Part shown: positions 53,969-63,385 of the stretch, in pieces
Layout: each line of letters starts with the position of its first letter
How positions within the stretch are numbered: the first letter of the stretch is position 1
Origin: an uncultured Chroococcidiopsis sp.
Lineage (GTDB): Bacteria > Cyanobacteriota > Cyanobacteriia > Cyanobacteriales > Chroococcidiopsidaceae
Direction: 5' to 3'
Assembly: GCA_964248365.1 (NCBI GenBank)
Contig: CAXTYC010000009.1
Span: 1-64,000 of the forward strand
Length of the DNA stretch: 64,000 nucleotides
Position numbers and translations under genes: made by a program
Notes under the pieces: model-generated
Databases searched by the model: none
What the model saw: the letters and a program-made list of their open reading frames with translations, nothing else
Told to the model about the DNA's origin: nothing

Positions 53969-55576
53969 TTAAGGTAGAAAAATAGGTATCTCTAGTAGTG
54001 TTTGCATGGCGATTTCCTGGGCGGCAGGCATTTGTCCATAAGAAAAAACACAAGGAACCGATGGTAGTACTGGCAGCAATTGATCTAGGACATAGGGACT
54101 ACCATAAACTACTAATGCTTGTAAATTACCTAAAGTTAATAATTTCTTAGTCCAAGCTTGCGCCACTTCTGTTAAGCCAGCACTACCTCGGAAAGGATTA
54201 CCGCGAATGAATAACTGAAGCAGGGTAGGTTGATTGTCATCGGGATAAGAAGTGATTGGTGTGTGGAGATCGCAAAGCCTGGTAGTATAGCCAATACGCG
54301 CAGGGAGGGCGATCGCCGGAGCTTGTTTACTCAAGAAATCACATCCTAAAACTTCGTCCACCACAATCAAGTTGCGTCTTGCTTGAGAAGGAGTTGCAGA
54401 TTTTTCGATCTGCCTTGGCATTGCACCATGAATTACCTGGGATTGACGCAAAATATTTTCAACAACAGCAAATGCACTCGGCTGCGCCAATTGAGAAATT
54501 AAATCTCTAACTTCTTTTCTGCTTTCCTGCTTCGTCTCACCTATTACCTTGCGTTTAGCTTTCCAAATCCGCTCAACTGTTGCTCGAATTCGCTCTAGAG
54601 GAATGCGATCGCTCTCTACTGCTGCACACACAGCCCTAATTGCTCCTTCGGGATCAACGGGCATGAGTAAAATATCTGCCCCAGCTTCGAGTGCTAAGAC
54701 AGGAGCTTCAGTTGCTCCATAGCGATTGGCGATCGCTCCCATTACCAGAGCATCTGTTACAATTAATCCTTCAAAACCTAGCCCATTTCTTAGCTGTTGA
54801 GTCAAAATTCGCTCAGACACAGTAGCTGGATATTGATCATCCAGGCTGGGAATAAGTAAATGGGCGCTCATGACTGCATCCACATGAGAGGCGATCGCTG
54901 CTTCAAAAGGTGGCAGTTCAATTTCAGCCAAACGAGTAGGTGAGTGGTGTAACACTGGCAGATCCAAATGAGAATCAGTAGCAGTATCACCATGACCTGG
55001 AAAATGTTTAGCCGTAGTCAAAACGGGATAGTTTTGCGCTCCCCGAATAAAGGCAGTTGCTAGCTGGCTGACTTGTTCTGGAGTGTCGCCAAAAGCACGG
55101 ACGTTAATCACAGGGTTATCAGGATTGTTATTAACGTCCACAACGGGAGCAAGTACCCAGTTAATACCAATAGCTAGGGCTTCGGAGGCAGTAATAGCTC
55201 CCATTTGAGTGGCATAGTGTTGAGCCTCGTTTGGGTTGTGCTGCGCTATAGCACCTATAGCCATCGGTGGCGGAAAATGGGTAGCTCCCGAAAAGCGCTG
55301 TCCTACACCTTCTTCGATATCTGCTGCCACAAGTAGAGGAATTTTTGCCCAGCTTTGTACTTGTTGCGATCGGATCGCCAGTTCGCCAGCACTACCACCC
55401 AGGAAAATCACACCACCTACACCCATATCTTCTATTAAGTAACGCAGAAGGGCTGCTGGTGGTTCCCAGGCTGGATATTGAATTTGGTGATCGAACAGAT
55501 AGCCAGAAGCTCGTACTACCACCATTTGAGCTACAAGTTCGGCAAGAGTGAGAGAGTCTAAATCAGGTAGCGGCAT
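53969..55576 (-). CDS. Glycoside hydrolase family 3 (NagZ-like)
   Basis: ADIEEG, APVVDV, KHFPGHGDTATDSH, VTDAL. Confidence 0.92.
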   Translation of the reverse strand: MPLPDLDSLTLAELVAQMVVVRASGYLFDHQIQYPAWEPPAALLRYLIEDMGVGGVIFLGGSAGELAIRSQQVQSWAKIPLLVAADIEEGVGQRFSGATHFPPPMAIGAIAQHNPNEAQHYATQMGAITASEALAIGINWVLAPVVDVNNNPDNPVINVRAFGDTPEQVSQLATAFIRGAQNYPVLTTAKHFPGHGDTATDSHLDLPVLHHSPTRLAEIELPPFEAAIASHVDAVMSAHLLIPSLDDQYPATVSERILTQQLRNGLGFEGLIVTDALVMGAIANRYGATEAPVLALEAGADILLMPVDPEGAIRAVCAAVESDRIPLERIRATVERIWKAKRKVIGETKQESRKEVRDLISQLAQPSAFAVVENILRQSQVIHGAMPRQIEKSATPSQARRNLIVVDEVLGCDFLSKQAPAIALPARIGYTTRLCDLHTPITSYPDDNQPTLLQLFIRGNPFRGSAGLTEVAQAWTKKLLTLGNLQALVVYGSPYVLDQLLPVLPSVPCVFSYGQMPAAQEIAMQTLLEIPIFLP

Positions 55577-55734
55577 ATTGAGGGGCTAGGGGCTAGGGGC
55601 TAGGGGAACTAGGGGCTAGGGGGAGCAAAAGGGAGCAAAAGGAAGCAAAAGGGATAAATTATGCATTACCTTTTTCCCCTGAAGCCCCTGAATGCCCCCA
55701 AAAGCCCCCAAAAGCCCCTTCCCCTTTCCCCTAA

Positions 55735-56148
55735 TTATTCCTCAGCTGAGATATCATCATCATATTCATCTGTGTCTTTCTGTGTATCAGGACGGCGATC
55801 GCGGCTTAGCTGGTTGATCAGTGACAGCACTTTAGTGCCGCGTTCTATCGAACGATCTTCGACAAACACTACTTCTGGTGTGCGACGCAGACGAATGCGA
55901 TGCCCCAGTTCGCTGCGGACGTAGCCTGTAGCTGACTTTAATCCTGCCATTGTTTCTGCCCTGGCTTCGTCTGTGCCGTAGATGCTGACATAGATTTTGG
56001 CGTGTTGTAGATCGCCTGAAACGTCTACATCAGTAACACTAACCATTCCTGCGCCTACTCGGTCATCTTTGATGCCATTTAGCAGCATTTGGCTTACTTC
56101 GCGTTTAACTAATTCGGCAACGCGGGCAACACGGCGATTCGTAGCCAT
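55735..56148 (-). CDS. rbfA: 30S ribosome-binding factor A
   Basis: [28 protein letters not shown]. Confidence 0.97.
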   Translation of the reverse strand: MATNRRVARVAELVKREVSQMLLNGIKDDRVGAGMVSVTDVDVSGDLQHAKIYVSIYGTDEARAETMAGLKSATGYVRSELGHRIRLRRTPEVVFVEDRSIERGTKVLSLINQLSRDRRPDTQKDTDEYDDDISAEE

Positions 56149-56230
56149 GACAACTCCTCTGTACTATTACTTGAAATTGAACTGGTAGAGCTAGAGGATG
56201 TGTACAATGCATCTACCAAGATTATCTAGT

Positions 56231-56440
56231 CTAGAAGACTGGACTTAAACCTAGCATGGCTCGGAGGGTGAAACTGATGAATAAGAGCAGCCCAATGAAG
56301 AAGCCCACAACTGCGATCGCACTTACTGGGCGCTTAAATAGGGGATTTAGGGGCGCGAAGGCGTTCAAGAATACCCCCAGAATAATTGTGATGAAGTAGC
56401 GGAAGTAGCGAGATATATATGCCCATAAGCTGCCAAACAT
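56231..56440 (-). CDS. DUF751 (Ycf33-like) small membrane protein
   Basis: RYFRYFIT..FTLRAMLG; sits directly upstream of rbfA. Confidence 0.8.
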   Translation of the reverse strand: MFGSLWAYISRYFRYFITIILGVFLNAFAPLNPLFKRPVSAIAVVGFFIGLLLFISFTLRAMLGLSPVF

Positions 56441-56685
56441 CTGATTATAAACCTTTTCTATCTGTTAAAAATTTTTGTGCTTTGAATTATGTTTATTGTA
56501 ATATAGCAATCCCACCAATGAGGAAAGGAGTAGGGAGGGGCGGGTTTAAACTTGTTATCTATTTGTTCACAAGTATGTCTAATAAACCCGCCCGTACGGG
56601 AATAGGGAGAAATACTAATTACCAATTACCAGCTACCAGTTACCAATTACCAAATTAAAATTGCTATAGCTAAGTTTAAAATTTC

Positions 56686-57522
56686 ATGTTCACTCAATAT
56701 TTGCTACCAATTTCTCCCCGTCCATTTCTCAAATGGGCTGGTGGTAAAAGCAAACTTATTTCCCAATATATTCCCTATTTTCCTCCACACTTTGAAAAGT
56801 ACTATGAGCCGTTTTTAGGTGGGGGCGCTGTTTTTTTCTATTTAGCTAGTCATCAAACAAGTTTTAAGGCACTTCTCACAGACATCAATTCTGAATTAGT
56901 TAATGCTTATTGCTGTGTTAGAGATCGCGTTGATGAATTAATTTGTTTGCTAGCAGAGCATCAACTACAACACAGTAAAGACTATTACTATGAAATGCGA
57001 AAACAAAAACAAGGCACTTCTATCGAAAAAGCTGCTCGTTTGATATATTTGAATAAAACTTGTTTCAATGGTCTATATCGAGAGAATTCAAAAGGGGAAT
57101 TTAACGTACCCATAGGAAAATATAAAAATCCTACAATATGTAATCCTGAAGGGCTGCGTTTAGTTTCGATATCATTACAATCAGCCTCGCTTGAGGTAAG
57201 ACCTTTTGATGCTGTTTTAGATTATGCCAATGAGCAAGATTTCGTATACTTTGATCCGCCTTATTATCCGTTAAGCAATACTAGTAATTTTACAGCTTAT
57301 AGTAGCTTTTCTTTTAATGAAAACGATCAAATTAGATTAAAAGACACATTTACTCTCCTTGCTAGGCGAGGAGTTAAGGTAATGTTATCTAATTCTGATT
57401 GTACCTTTATTCGAGAACTATACAAGGGATTCAATATTCACGAGATATTAGCAGCAAGGGCGATTAATTCTAATGCAAAAAAGCGGGGAAAGATTACAGA
57501 AGTTTTGATTACTTCATATTAG
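56686..57522 (+). CDS. Dam-like DNA adenine methyltransferase (orphan)
   Basis: KWAGGK, EPFLGGG, FNGLYR, DPPY, EVLI. No restriction enzyme gene adjacent. Confidence 0.92.
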   Translation: MFTQYLLPISPRPFLKWAGGKSKLISQYIPYFPPHFEKYYEPFLGGGAVFFYLASHQTSFKALLTDINSELVNAYCCVRDRVDELICLLAEHQLQHSKDYYYEMRKQKQGTSIEKAARLIYLNKTCFNGLYRENSKGEFNVPIGKYKNPTICNPEGLRLVSISLQSASLEVRPFDAVLDYANEQDFVYFDPPYYPLSNTSNFTAYSSFSFNENDQIRLKDTFTLLARRGVKVMLSNSDCTFIRELYKGFNIHEILAARAINSNAKKRGKITEVLITSY

Positions 57523-57725
57523 AGATTGTTGTTGATGCTAGTAAATTATTAGAAGGTGGGCATGGGTGGTATACAGTTACTTCATATTTAAAAATTATTA
57601 TTCGTCCATGCAATAGAAGTTGTTGATGCTAGTAAATTATTAGAAGGTGGGCATGGGTGGTCGCATCATATTAGAGATTGTTGTTAAAATTACGAAATTC
57701 CTAGAAGGTGGGCAATGCCCACCCT
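57515..57725. repeat. Mosaic direct repeats ending in a REP palindrome
   Basis: 43-bp identical repeat at 57528-57570 and 57619-57661; CATATTAGAGATTGTTGTT twice; GGTGGGCAATGCCCACC. Confidence 0.8.
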
Positions 57726-58026
57726 AATTAAGGTTTATATTAACTTTTTCAAAGTGTTCAACTGTAGGAAATGGGTCATAGAAGTGGTGCAGCATTTTTT
57801 TCCACTGTTGATATTTAAGAGAGTTTCTAAATCCAACTGTATGAGCTTCTAAAGTTTCCCATCTGACAAGTAATAAATATTTTCCTTCGACTTCAATGCA
57901 TCTATGAAGTTCGTGAGATAAATAACCCTCCATAGATGAGATAATTGTGGAAGCCTGTTTGAAAGTATTTTCAAAATCAACTTCTAAACTCTTTTTTACA
58001 TTAAGCATTACTGCCTCAAGAATCAT
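57724..58026 (-). CDS. Antibiotic biosynthesis monooxygenase family protein
   Basis: MILEAVML, YLLLVRWETLEAHTVGFR, HHFYDPFPTVEH. Confidence 0.88.
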   Translation of the reverse strand: MILEAVMLNVKKSLEVDFENTFKQASTIISSMEGYLSHELHRCIEVEGKYLLLVRWETLEAHTVGFRNSLKYQQWKKMLHHFYDPFPTVEHFEKVNINLN

Positions 58027-58125
58027 AATAATTCGTAATTGGTAATTAGTCAAAGGATAAAGTACAAATTCCAGCCGGAATAAGTAATTTGCAGGCTTCA
58101 ATGTGTTACAGATTAGACAAGTGTA

Positions 58126-59037
58126 TTACACCTTGATTACACCTTGGTCAAAAATGCGATTTTTGGTGTCAATGCCGCTGATAATTATGCGATCGCTATA
58201 TACTTCATATGCCGCAAAACTCAATAAACTTGCAGAATGCGCTGTCCAAGTAGAACGATCTACAGGGCGAATTCCAGCACCACCACCACAGATTAAATAT
58301 GTTGTGCCGTTAATTGCTTGGGTACGTTCATAGTTGTGTTCATGTCCATTGATATACACTTGCACACCGTACTTTTGGAAAAGAGGAGATAGAGTTTTGA
58401 TAAAGTCTTGATTGCTGCCATACATCCCAGATGAATAAATCGGATGATGCCCAAATACAACTTTTACTTTAGCGTTACTGCGGCTAAGTTCTTGCTCTAA
58501 CCAAGCTAACTGAGCTTTCCAATCAGCATTATGGTTAGTATCTAGGGCAAAAAATTGTACAGGTTCACGGCGGAAGGTGTAGTAACGTCCCTTCATATTA
58601 AAATTGGCATAGCCCACTTGGGGATCTCCATTGGCGGTGCGAATATCGTGGTTGCCTAAACAAGCATGAAATTTGACACCTTGCTGGAGTAAAGGCTGGT
58701 AAGGGCGCTCAAATACCGCCTCAATTTTTTCAATTTCTCCATCGTTATAAATGTTGTCTCCGGCTAGGATTGCCAAATCAAAAGGATTTTGGCGATGATA
58801 TTGCGCCATTGACGAGGCTACGGCATACTGTCCTCGATCGCCAGTGCCTGTATCCGCTACTGAAATAAACCGGAGAATGGGGGCGGTTGTGGGTGGTTTT
58901 AGGGCAAGATCAGAAGCGATCGCACTTTTAACCTGACTACTCTGTGTACTCTGATGACGCTGCATCTTCCCCCACAAAGCCAAACCAAAAACACTCAGAC
59001 TAGTTAAAAACAGAAACCGACGACGTTTGAAACTCAT
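58126..59037 (-). CDS. Tat-exported metallophosphoesterase
   Basis: KRRRFL signal; DTG, GDNIY, GNHD, GHHP, GHEH. Confidence 0.9.
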   Translation of the reverse strand: MSFKRRRFLFLTSLSVFGLALWGKMQRHQSTQSSQVKSAIASDLALKPPTTAPILRFISVADTGTGDRGQYAVASSMAQYHRQNPFDLAILAGDNIYNDGEIEKIEAVFERPYQPLLQQGVKFHACLGNHDIRTANGDPQVGYANFNMKGRYYTFRREPVQFFALDTNHNADWKAQLAWLEQELSRSNAKVKVVFGHHPIYSSGMYGSNQDFIKTLSPLFQKYGVQVYINGHEHNYERTQAINGTTYLICGGGAGIRPVDRSTWTAHSASLLSFAAYEVYSDRIIISGIDTKNRIFDQGVIKV

Positions 59038-59161
59038 AAATCACCTAAAACAAAATTAGCGCTTGGGAATTAAACGCAAAATGATAGATTAAGGCTGAAG
59101 GACAGCACTCGTAAGAATTTAACTCATTTGTGTCTGTTTAGCTGTCTTCTAGGGAGAATTC

Positions 59162-60142
59162 ATGTCACAGTCACCACCAAATTCTCAACCACCATCACCT
59201 GAACCGGAACCACAGAAGGCGACAACCCCCACAAGGCAGGTATCTGTACCTGCACAGACACAAGGAAACACCTTCCCAACTGTGCTGAAGACTCAAACGA
59301 TCAAAATTTTGCGTGGCACAATTCGGGTATTAGAAGGGGTAGTAGTGAAGCTGGAAGCAGAACCAGGACAAACTACCGAGCCAAGTTGGTTTGATAAACT
59401 GCTAATTGCGTGGAGCGGTATTTTAGCAAAAATCCGCTCGTTATTGCCGCAAAACCTATCTTCACTTTCAGACACTGCTTTAACTAGCATCATTGCTATA
59501 GTTTCTGTAATTCTGGTTTGGACAACTTCGTCTGTCTTATCTGGAAAGCCGTCTGAAGTAGTAGCAACTGCTCCTCCTCCTGAACCAGCCTTAACCCCAA
59601 CTATCACTACTCCAGAACTTGAGCCAACCCCAACCCCAACTATTCCTACACCAGAACTTGAGCCAACCCCAACCCCAACTATCACTACTCCACCAGAGCC
59701 AGATACCCCAACCGTTGCTACTTCACCCCAGCCGGAGCCAACCCCAACGATTCCTATTCCACCAGAATTAACAACACCTGACTCAGAACCACAGCCCATT
59801 GAGGTGACACCTTTACCAACCCCAGAGCCAGTTGTAGAATTAACACCAGAACAGACTTTGATTGCAGCGATTGAAAATCAAGTAGCATTAGTTAGCGATC
59901 GCTTTGCTGACGGATTAATTCAATCAATTCAAGCCAATTTTGAGGGTAGTAGTCTAACGCTCAAAGTCACTAATGATTGGTACAATCTCAAACCATCCCA
60001 GCAGGATAAATTAGCAGCACAGATGCTAGAACAATCTAAGCAACTAGATTTCACCCGCTTAGAAATTACCGATTCCCAAGGAACACTACTAGCTCGCAGC
60101 CCCGTAGTAGGTAAAGATATGGTGATCTTTAGGAGGGGCTAG
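59162..60142 (+). CDS. Membrane-anchored Pro/Thr-rich hypothetical protein
   Basis: Single TM, PTPTI repeats, C-terminal LTPEQ..LLARSPVVG. Confidence 0.8.
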   Translation: MSQSPPNSQPPSPEPEPQKATTPTRQVSVPAQTQGNTFPTVLKTQTIKILRGTIRVLEGVVVKLEAEPGQTTEPSWFDKLLIAWSGILAKIRSLLPQNLSSLSDTALTSIIAIVSVILVWTTSSVLSGKPSEVVATAPPPEPALTPTITTPELEPTPTPTIPTPELEPTPTPTITTPPEPDTPTVATSPQPEPTPTIPIPPELTTPDSEPQPIEVTPLPTPEPVVELTPEQTLIAAIENQVALVSDRFADGLIQSIQANFEGSSLTLKVTNDWYNLKPSQQDKLAAQMLEQSKQLDFTRLEITDSQGTLLARSPVVGKDMVIFRRG

Positions 60143-60322
60143 GGGCTGGGGACTAGGGGCTAGGGAAAAAGACGCAGGGGACAAGGGGACAAGGGGACAA
60201 GGGGGGAAATTACCTTTTACCTTTACCCTTTACCCTTTTACCTTTTCCCCTTTCCGTTTACCGCAATACCTCTTTACCCTTTACCGTTTTTTCTAGCCTC
60301 CAGCCTCTAGCCCCTGGTTCCT

Positions 60323-60829
60323 CTAGCCCCTCACGAAGGTTTCCTGTCGAAACTGTTTAAATCCACGATTGAGATAGTTAGATAGTGCTGCTGGATGATC
60401 CAGAGTGCAGGTATGCACCCAAATGCGATTAGTGGTTTTCTCCCAAGCCTGCTTTGCTGCAATTGTGAGCAGATACTTACCTATACCACGCCCGATAAAC
60501 TCCTCAAGTAGCCCGAAGTAGGCAATTTCAACTGAGTCATCCTCATGTTGGCGTAGCTCAAAGTAACCGCCTGGTGCGCCCGCACAATAGAGTACCCATA
60601 ATGTGATACTTGGTTGTCTTAGGTAGGCGCGAATCTGCTCATTCGTCCAGTCGAGTCGATCTATCCAGTGATAGTTGCGCCCAACTTCGCTGTATAGATA
60701 ACGAAAGAAAGAGGGCGGACACTCAACAGCCTGCTCGATCCTTAAACGATTATCTGCCAGCCTCGCTCCTTTTAGCTCATGGGGCGAAACCATTTGGAGG
60801 TAAGTGCGTGTGACTTCGATGTTACTCAT
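60323..60829 (-). CDS. GNAT-family N-acetyltransferase
   Basis: YFGL..FIGRGIG and HTCTLDHPAAL.NY..RGF. Confidence 0.9.
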   Translation of the reverse strand: MSNIEVTRTYLQMVSPHELKGARLADNRLRIEQAVECPPSFFRYLYSEVGRNYHWIDRLDWTNEQIRAYLRQPSITLWVLYCAGAPGGYFELRQHEDDSVEIAYFGLLEEFIGRGIGKYLLTIAAKQAWEKTTNRIWVHTCTLDHPAALSNYLNRGFKQFRQETFVRG

Positions 60830-60853
60830 CCGTTCCATTTTTGCTAACAAACG

Positions 60854-62002
60854 TTAACAATAACTTCCTGCTTCAACCAAGGATGTCGGCATCTTCTTGT
60901 CCACAGGCATAAAATCCGACTGAACTAGCCGTATTAGGTTATAACTGGCGTTAAGATCTCTGTCACAGCGCCAGCCACATTCGCACTTCATTTCTCTTAA
61001 AGATAGAGGTAATTTATCTTTAACTTGCTGACAGTTAAAACAAGTTTTAGAACTAGGAAACCATCTATTTGCCAGAATAAGAGCACTACCATAAGCTTTC
61101 GTTTTATACTCAAGCTGGCGGCGAAACTCATAAAATCCAGAATCGCTAATAGCCTTAGACAGTTTCCCGTTCTGCAACAGCCCACTTACATTCAAGTCTT
61201 CTATGACAACTTTACTGTGGTTTTTAGTTAATTTTGTTGTGAGCTTATGAATGAAGTCAAGACGAATGTTGCCGATACGAGCGTGAAGCCTAGCTATTTT
61301 GATTTGCGCTTTTTTCCAGTTATTAGAGTATAATTGCTTGTTTCTATTCCTCCACTGCAAAAGAGCTAGCTTTTTTTCTAAAGCTTTGTATGGTCTAGGA
61401 GAATATACTTCTTCGTTTGTAGAAAGGGTAGCAAATCGTAGCAACCCTAAATCAACTGCTACAGCTTCTACTGTCTTTGGTGTGTTTTGTAGATCTGTCT
61501 CAATCTTGAAAGAGATGAACCATCGATCTGCCTGCCTACTTATAGTTACAGATTTTGGTTTAACACCTTGAGGTAGACGCTCATAGGTTTTTAACCAACC
61601 AATTACCGGAACCTTAATTCTTTGATGGTCAACTCTAATTGATCCATCAAGAGTAAACGAATCATTTCTCACTTTCTTTTTGAATCTTGGAAACCCCTTG
61701 GCTTTAAGAAAGAACTGTTTAAACGCTTCTGATAAATGCCTTAAAGCATATTGTCCTACACATTTACTAACTTCGTAATACCAGGGATTCTCCACTTTTA
61801 TAGACGCTACCAACCATTTGTGCAGGTCGATGGCAGAGGGAAAAGGAATTTTGTCTTCTAGGTTATTTCGATTGTAAGCCAACACCTCTTGACACAAAGC
61901 TAATGCCTGATTCCAAGCATGACGCGCCGTTCCCGCGTGTTTCGCCAGAATCTGTGTGTGCGACTTTTTGACCTTGATTTGAGTCTTGAATCCTAGTAGC
62001 AT
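60854..62002 (-). CDS. tnpB: RNA-guided endonuclease TnpB
   Basis: GFPRFKKK; RuvC motifs AVDLG, IEDL and DRDLNA; Zn finger SSKTCFNC..CECG. Confidence 0.95.
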   Translation of the reverse strand: MLLGFKTQIKVKKSHTQILAKHAGTARHAWNQALALCQEVLAYNRNNLEDKIPFPSAIDLHKWLVASIKVENPWYYEVSKCVGQYALRHLSEAFKQFFLKAKGFPRFKKKVRNDSFTLDGSIRVDHQRIKVPVIGWLKTYERLPQGVKPKSVTISRQADRWFISFKIETDLQNTPKTVEAVAVDLGLLRFATLSTNEEVYSPRPYKALEKKLALLQWRNRNKQLYSNNWKKAQIKIARLHARIGNIRLDFIHKLTTKLTKNHSKVVIEDLNVSGLLQNGKLSKAISDSGFYEFRRQLEYKTKAYGSALILANRWFPSSKTCFNCQQVKDKLPLSLREMKCECGWRCDRDLNASYNLIRLVQSDFMPVDKKMPTSLVEAGSYC

Positions 62003-62005
62003 AGA

Positions 62006-62030
62006 AGCATTATACCAGCATTATGCCAGC
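62006..62030. promoter_or_regulatory. 11-bp tandem repeat in the 30-bp tnpB/RHH divergent spacer (putative operator)
   Basis: AGCATTATACC-AGCATTATGCC-AGC. Confidence 0.5.
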
Positions 62031-62032
62031 CC

Positions 62033-62179
62033 ATGTCAACCGAAAAAAAGATTACTATAAGGCTTACAGAAGAAGAGTGGGATATATTAGATGCTTATTG
62101 CAAACAGCAACTCCGAAATAAAACGGATGTACTAAGAGAGTACATCCGAAAGCTCACAAGCAAAGTGAGAAAAAATTAG
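62033..62179 (+). CDS. Ribbon-helix-helix (CopG-like) protein, 48 aa (not in ORF track)
   Basis: MSTEKKITIRLTEEEWDILDAYCKQQLRNKTDVLREYIRKLTSKVRKN; beta-strand ITIRL followed by two helices. Confidence 0.8.
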   Translation: MSTEKKITIRLTEEEWDILDAYCKQQLRNKTDVLREYIRKLTSKVRKN

Positions 62180-62288
62180 TAATTGTGAGCAAACTAGATA
62201 CTGTCTTTTAGCCTTCACTTTACTAATGGTATTCACACTCGACTTAGCACTAGTGGCATAATGGCTGCTAGTATACTGCATTCTGGCA

Positions 62289-62945
62289 ATGGAACTTTTT
62301 ACGGTTGGACACTCTAATTACAGCATTGAGGCTTTTATTGCACTGCTGCAACAGCATGGGGTGACAGCTTTGGCAGATGTGCGATCGCATCCGTACAGCC
62401 GTTATCTGCCCCACTTCAATCAGGCATCCCTGAAAACAACGGCACGAGATGCAGGAATTCGTTATGTCTTCCTTGGTCGTGAGTTGGGAGCTAGACCCAG
62501 CGATCGAACCTGCTATGTTGATGGTAAAGCGTTGTATGAAAAAATTGCATCTACAAGAGCTTTTTCAGATGGCATTGAGCGCATATTAAAAGGTACAAAA
62601 ACTTATAAAATTGCGATGATGTGTGCTGAAAAAGATCCTATCACCTGCCATCGAGCAATTTTAGTTTGTCAGCACCTACGCGAATTTAATCTAGAGATCA
62701 GCCATATTATGAAGAATGGTGAATTAGAAACTCATCATCACCTCGAAGAAAGGCTGCTAAAGTTACATGAGTTAAATTTGCCACAACTACCAGAGGCAGT
62801 TCAACTGACTCTATTTAGTAATGTATCGCCACAACCCACTAGTAATCGCTCAAAGGAAGACCTGCTTATAGAAGCTTATAAACGACAAGGAAATCTAATT
62901 GCCTACACAGAGAAACAGGAAAGTTCCTATGAGCAAGTCAGTTAA
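62289..62945 (+). CDS. DUF488 family protein
   Basis: FTVGHS, DVRSHPYS, ELG, MCAEKDPITCHR. Confidence 0.9.
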   Translation: MELFTVGHSNYSIEAFIALLQQHGVTALADVRSHPYSRYLPHFNQASLKTTARDAGIRYVFLGRELGARPSDRTCYVDGKALYEKIASTRAFSDGIERILKGTKTYKIAMMCAEKDPITCHRAILVCQHLREFNLEISHIMKNGELETHHHLEERLLKLHELNLPQLPEAVQLTLFSNVSPQPTSNRSKEDLLIEAYKRQGNLIAYTEKQESSYEQVS

Positions 62946-63375
62946 TCTATTTACAATTGGTTTTACTCAAAAGAGCGCTCAAAAATTTTTTGATACTCTG
63001 ATGAACGCTGGGGTAAGAAGAGTTATCGACACAAGACTCAATAACGTTTCTCAGCTAGCAGGCTTTACAAAGCGTACAGATTTAGAGTACTTTCTGAAAA
63101 AAATTGGAGGCATTGAGTATGTCCACGTACTAGATTTAGCGCCAACTCAAGATATTTTGGATGCATATAAGAAAAATAAGGGTGATTGGGAAACCTACGA
63201 AAAGAAGTTTTTGCAATTGCTATGCGATCGCAAAATTGAAAATAAAGTTTCACCAGAACTTGTAGAGGGTGGCTGCTTGCTGTGTAGTGAAGCTCAGCCT
63301 CACCATTGTCATCGTCGTCTAGTTGCAGAGTATTTGAGTGATAAATGGGGAAACATAAGCATATGTCACCTCTAA
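62929..63375 (+). CDS. DUF488 family protein (second subtype)
   Basis: FTIGF, DTRLNNVSQLAGF, LAPT, LCSEAQPHHCHR. Confidence 0.9.
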   Translation: MSKSVNLFTIGFTQKSAQKFFDTLMNAGVRRVIDTRLNNVSQLAGFTKRTDLEYFLKKIGGIEYVHVLDLAPTQDILDAYKKNKGDWETYEKKFLQLLCDRKIENKVSPELVEGGCLLCSEAQPHHCHRRLVAEYLSDKWGNISICHL

Positions 63376-63385
63376 AAATAAATTT

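Larger units (their letters stand above)
60830..62211 (-). mobile_element. Non-autonomous TnpB element (IS607/IS200-605 superfamily) carrying tnpB and a divergent RHH gene
   Basis: Right-end-like sequence TGAAGCAGGAAG..GGAACGG after tnpB. The left end is approximate (62205-62211). No tnpA. Confidence 0.6.

Noticed and set aside
56686..57522. Restriction-modification system
   Set aside because: No endonuclease is adjacent, and orphan Dam-type methylases are standard in HIP1-containing cyanobacteria.
57515..57725. Possible mini CRISPR array
   Set aside because: Only two full 43-bp copies, the intervening sequence reuses flanking DNA, and no cas genes are present.
59293..59799. 168-aa minus-strand Gly/Val-rich ORF
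   Set aside because: Antisense shadow of the Pro/Thr repeats of the plus-strand gene.
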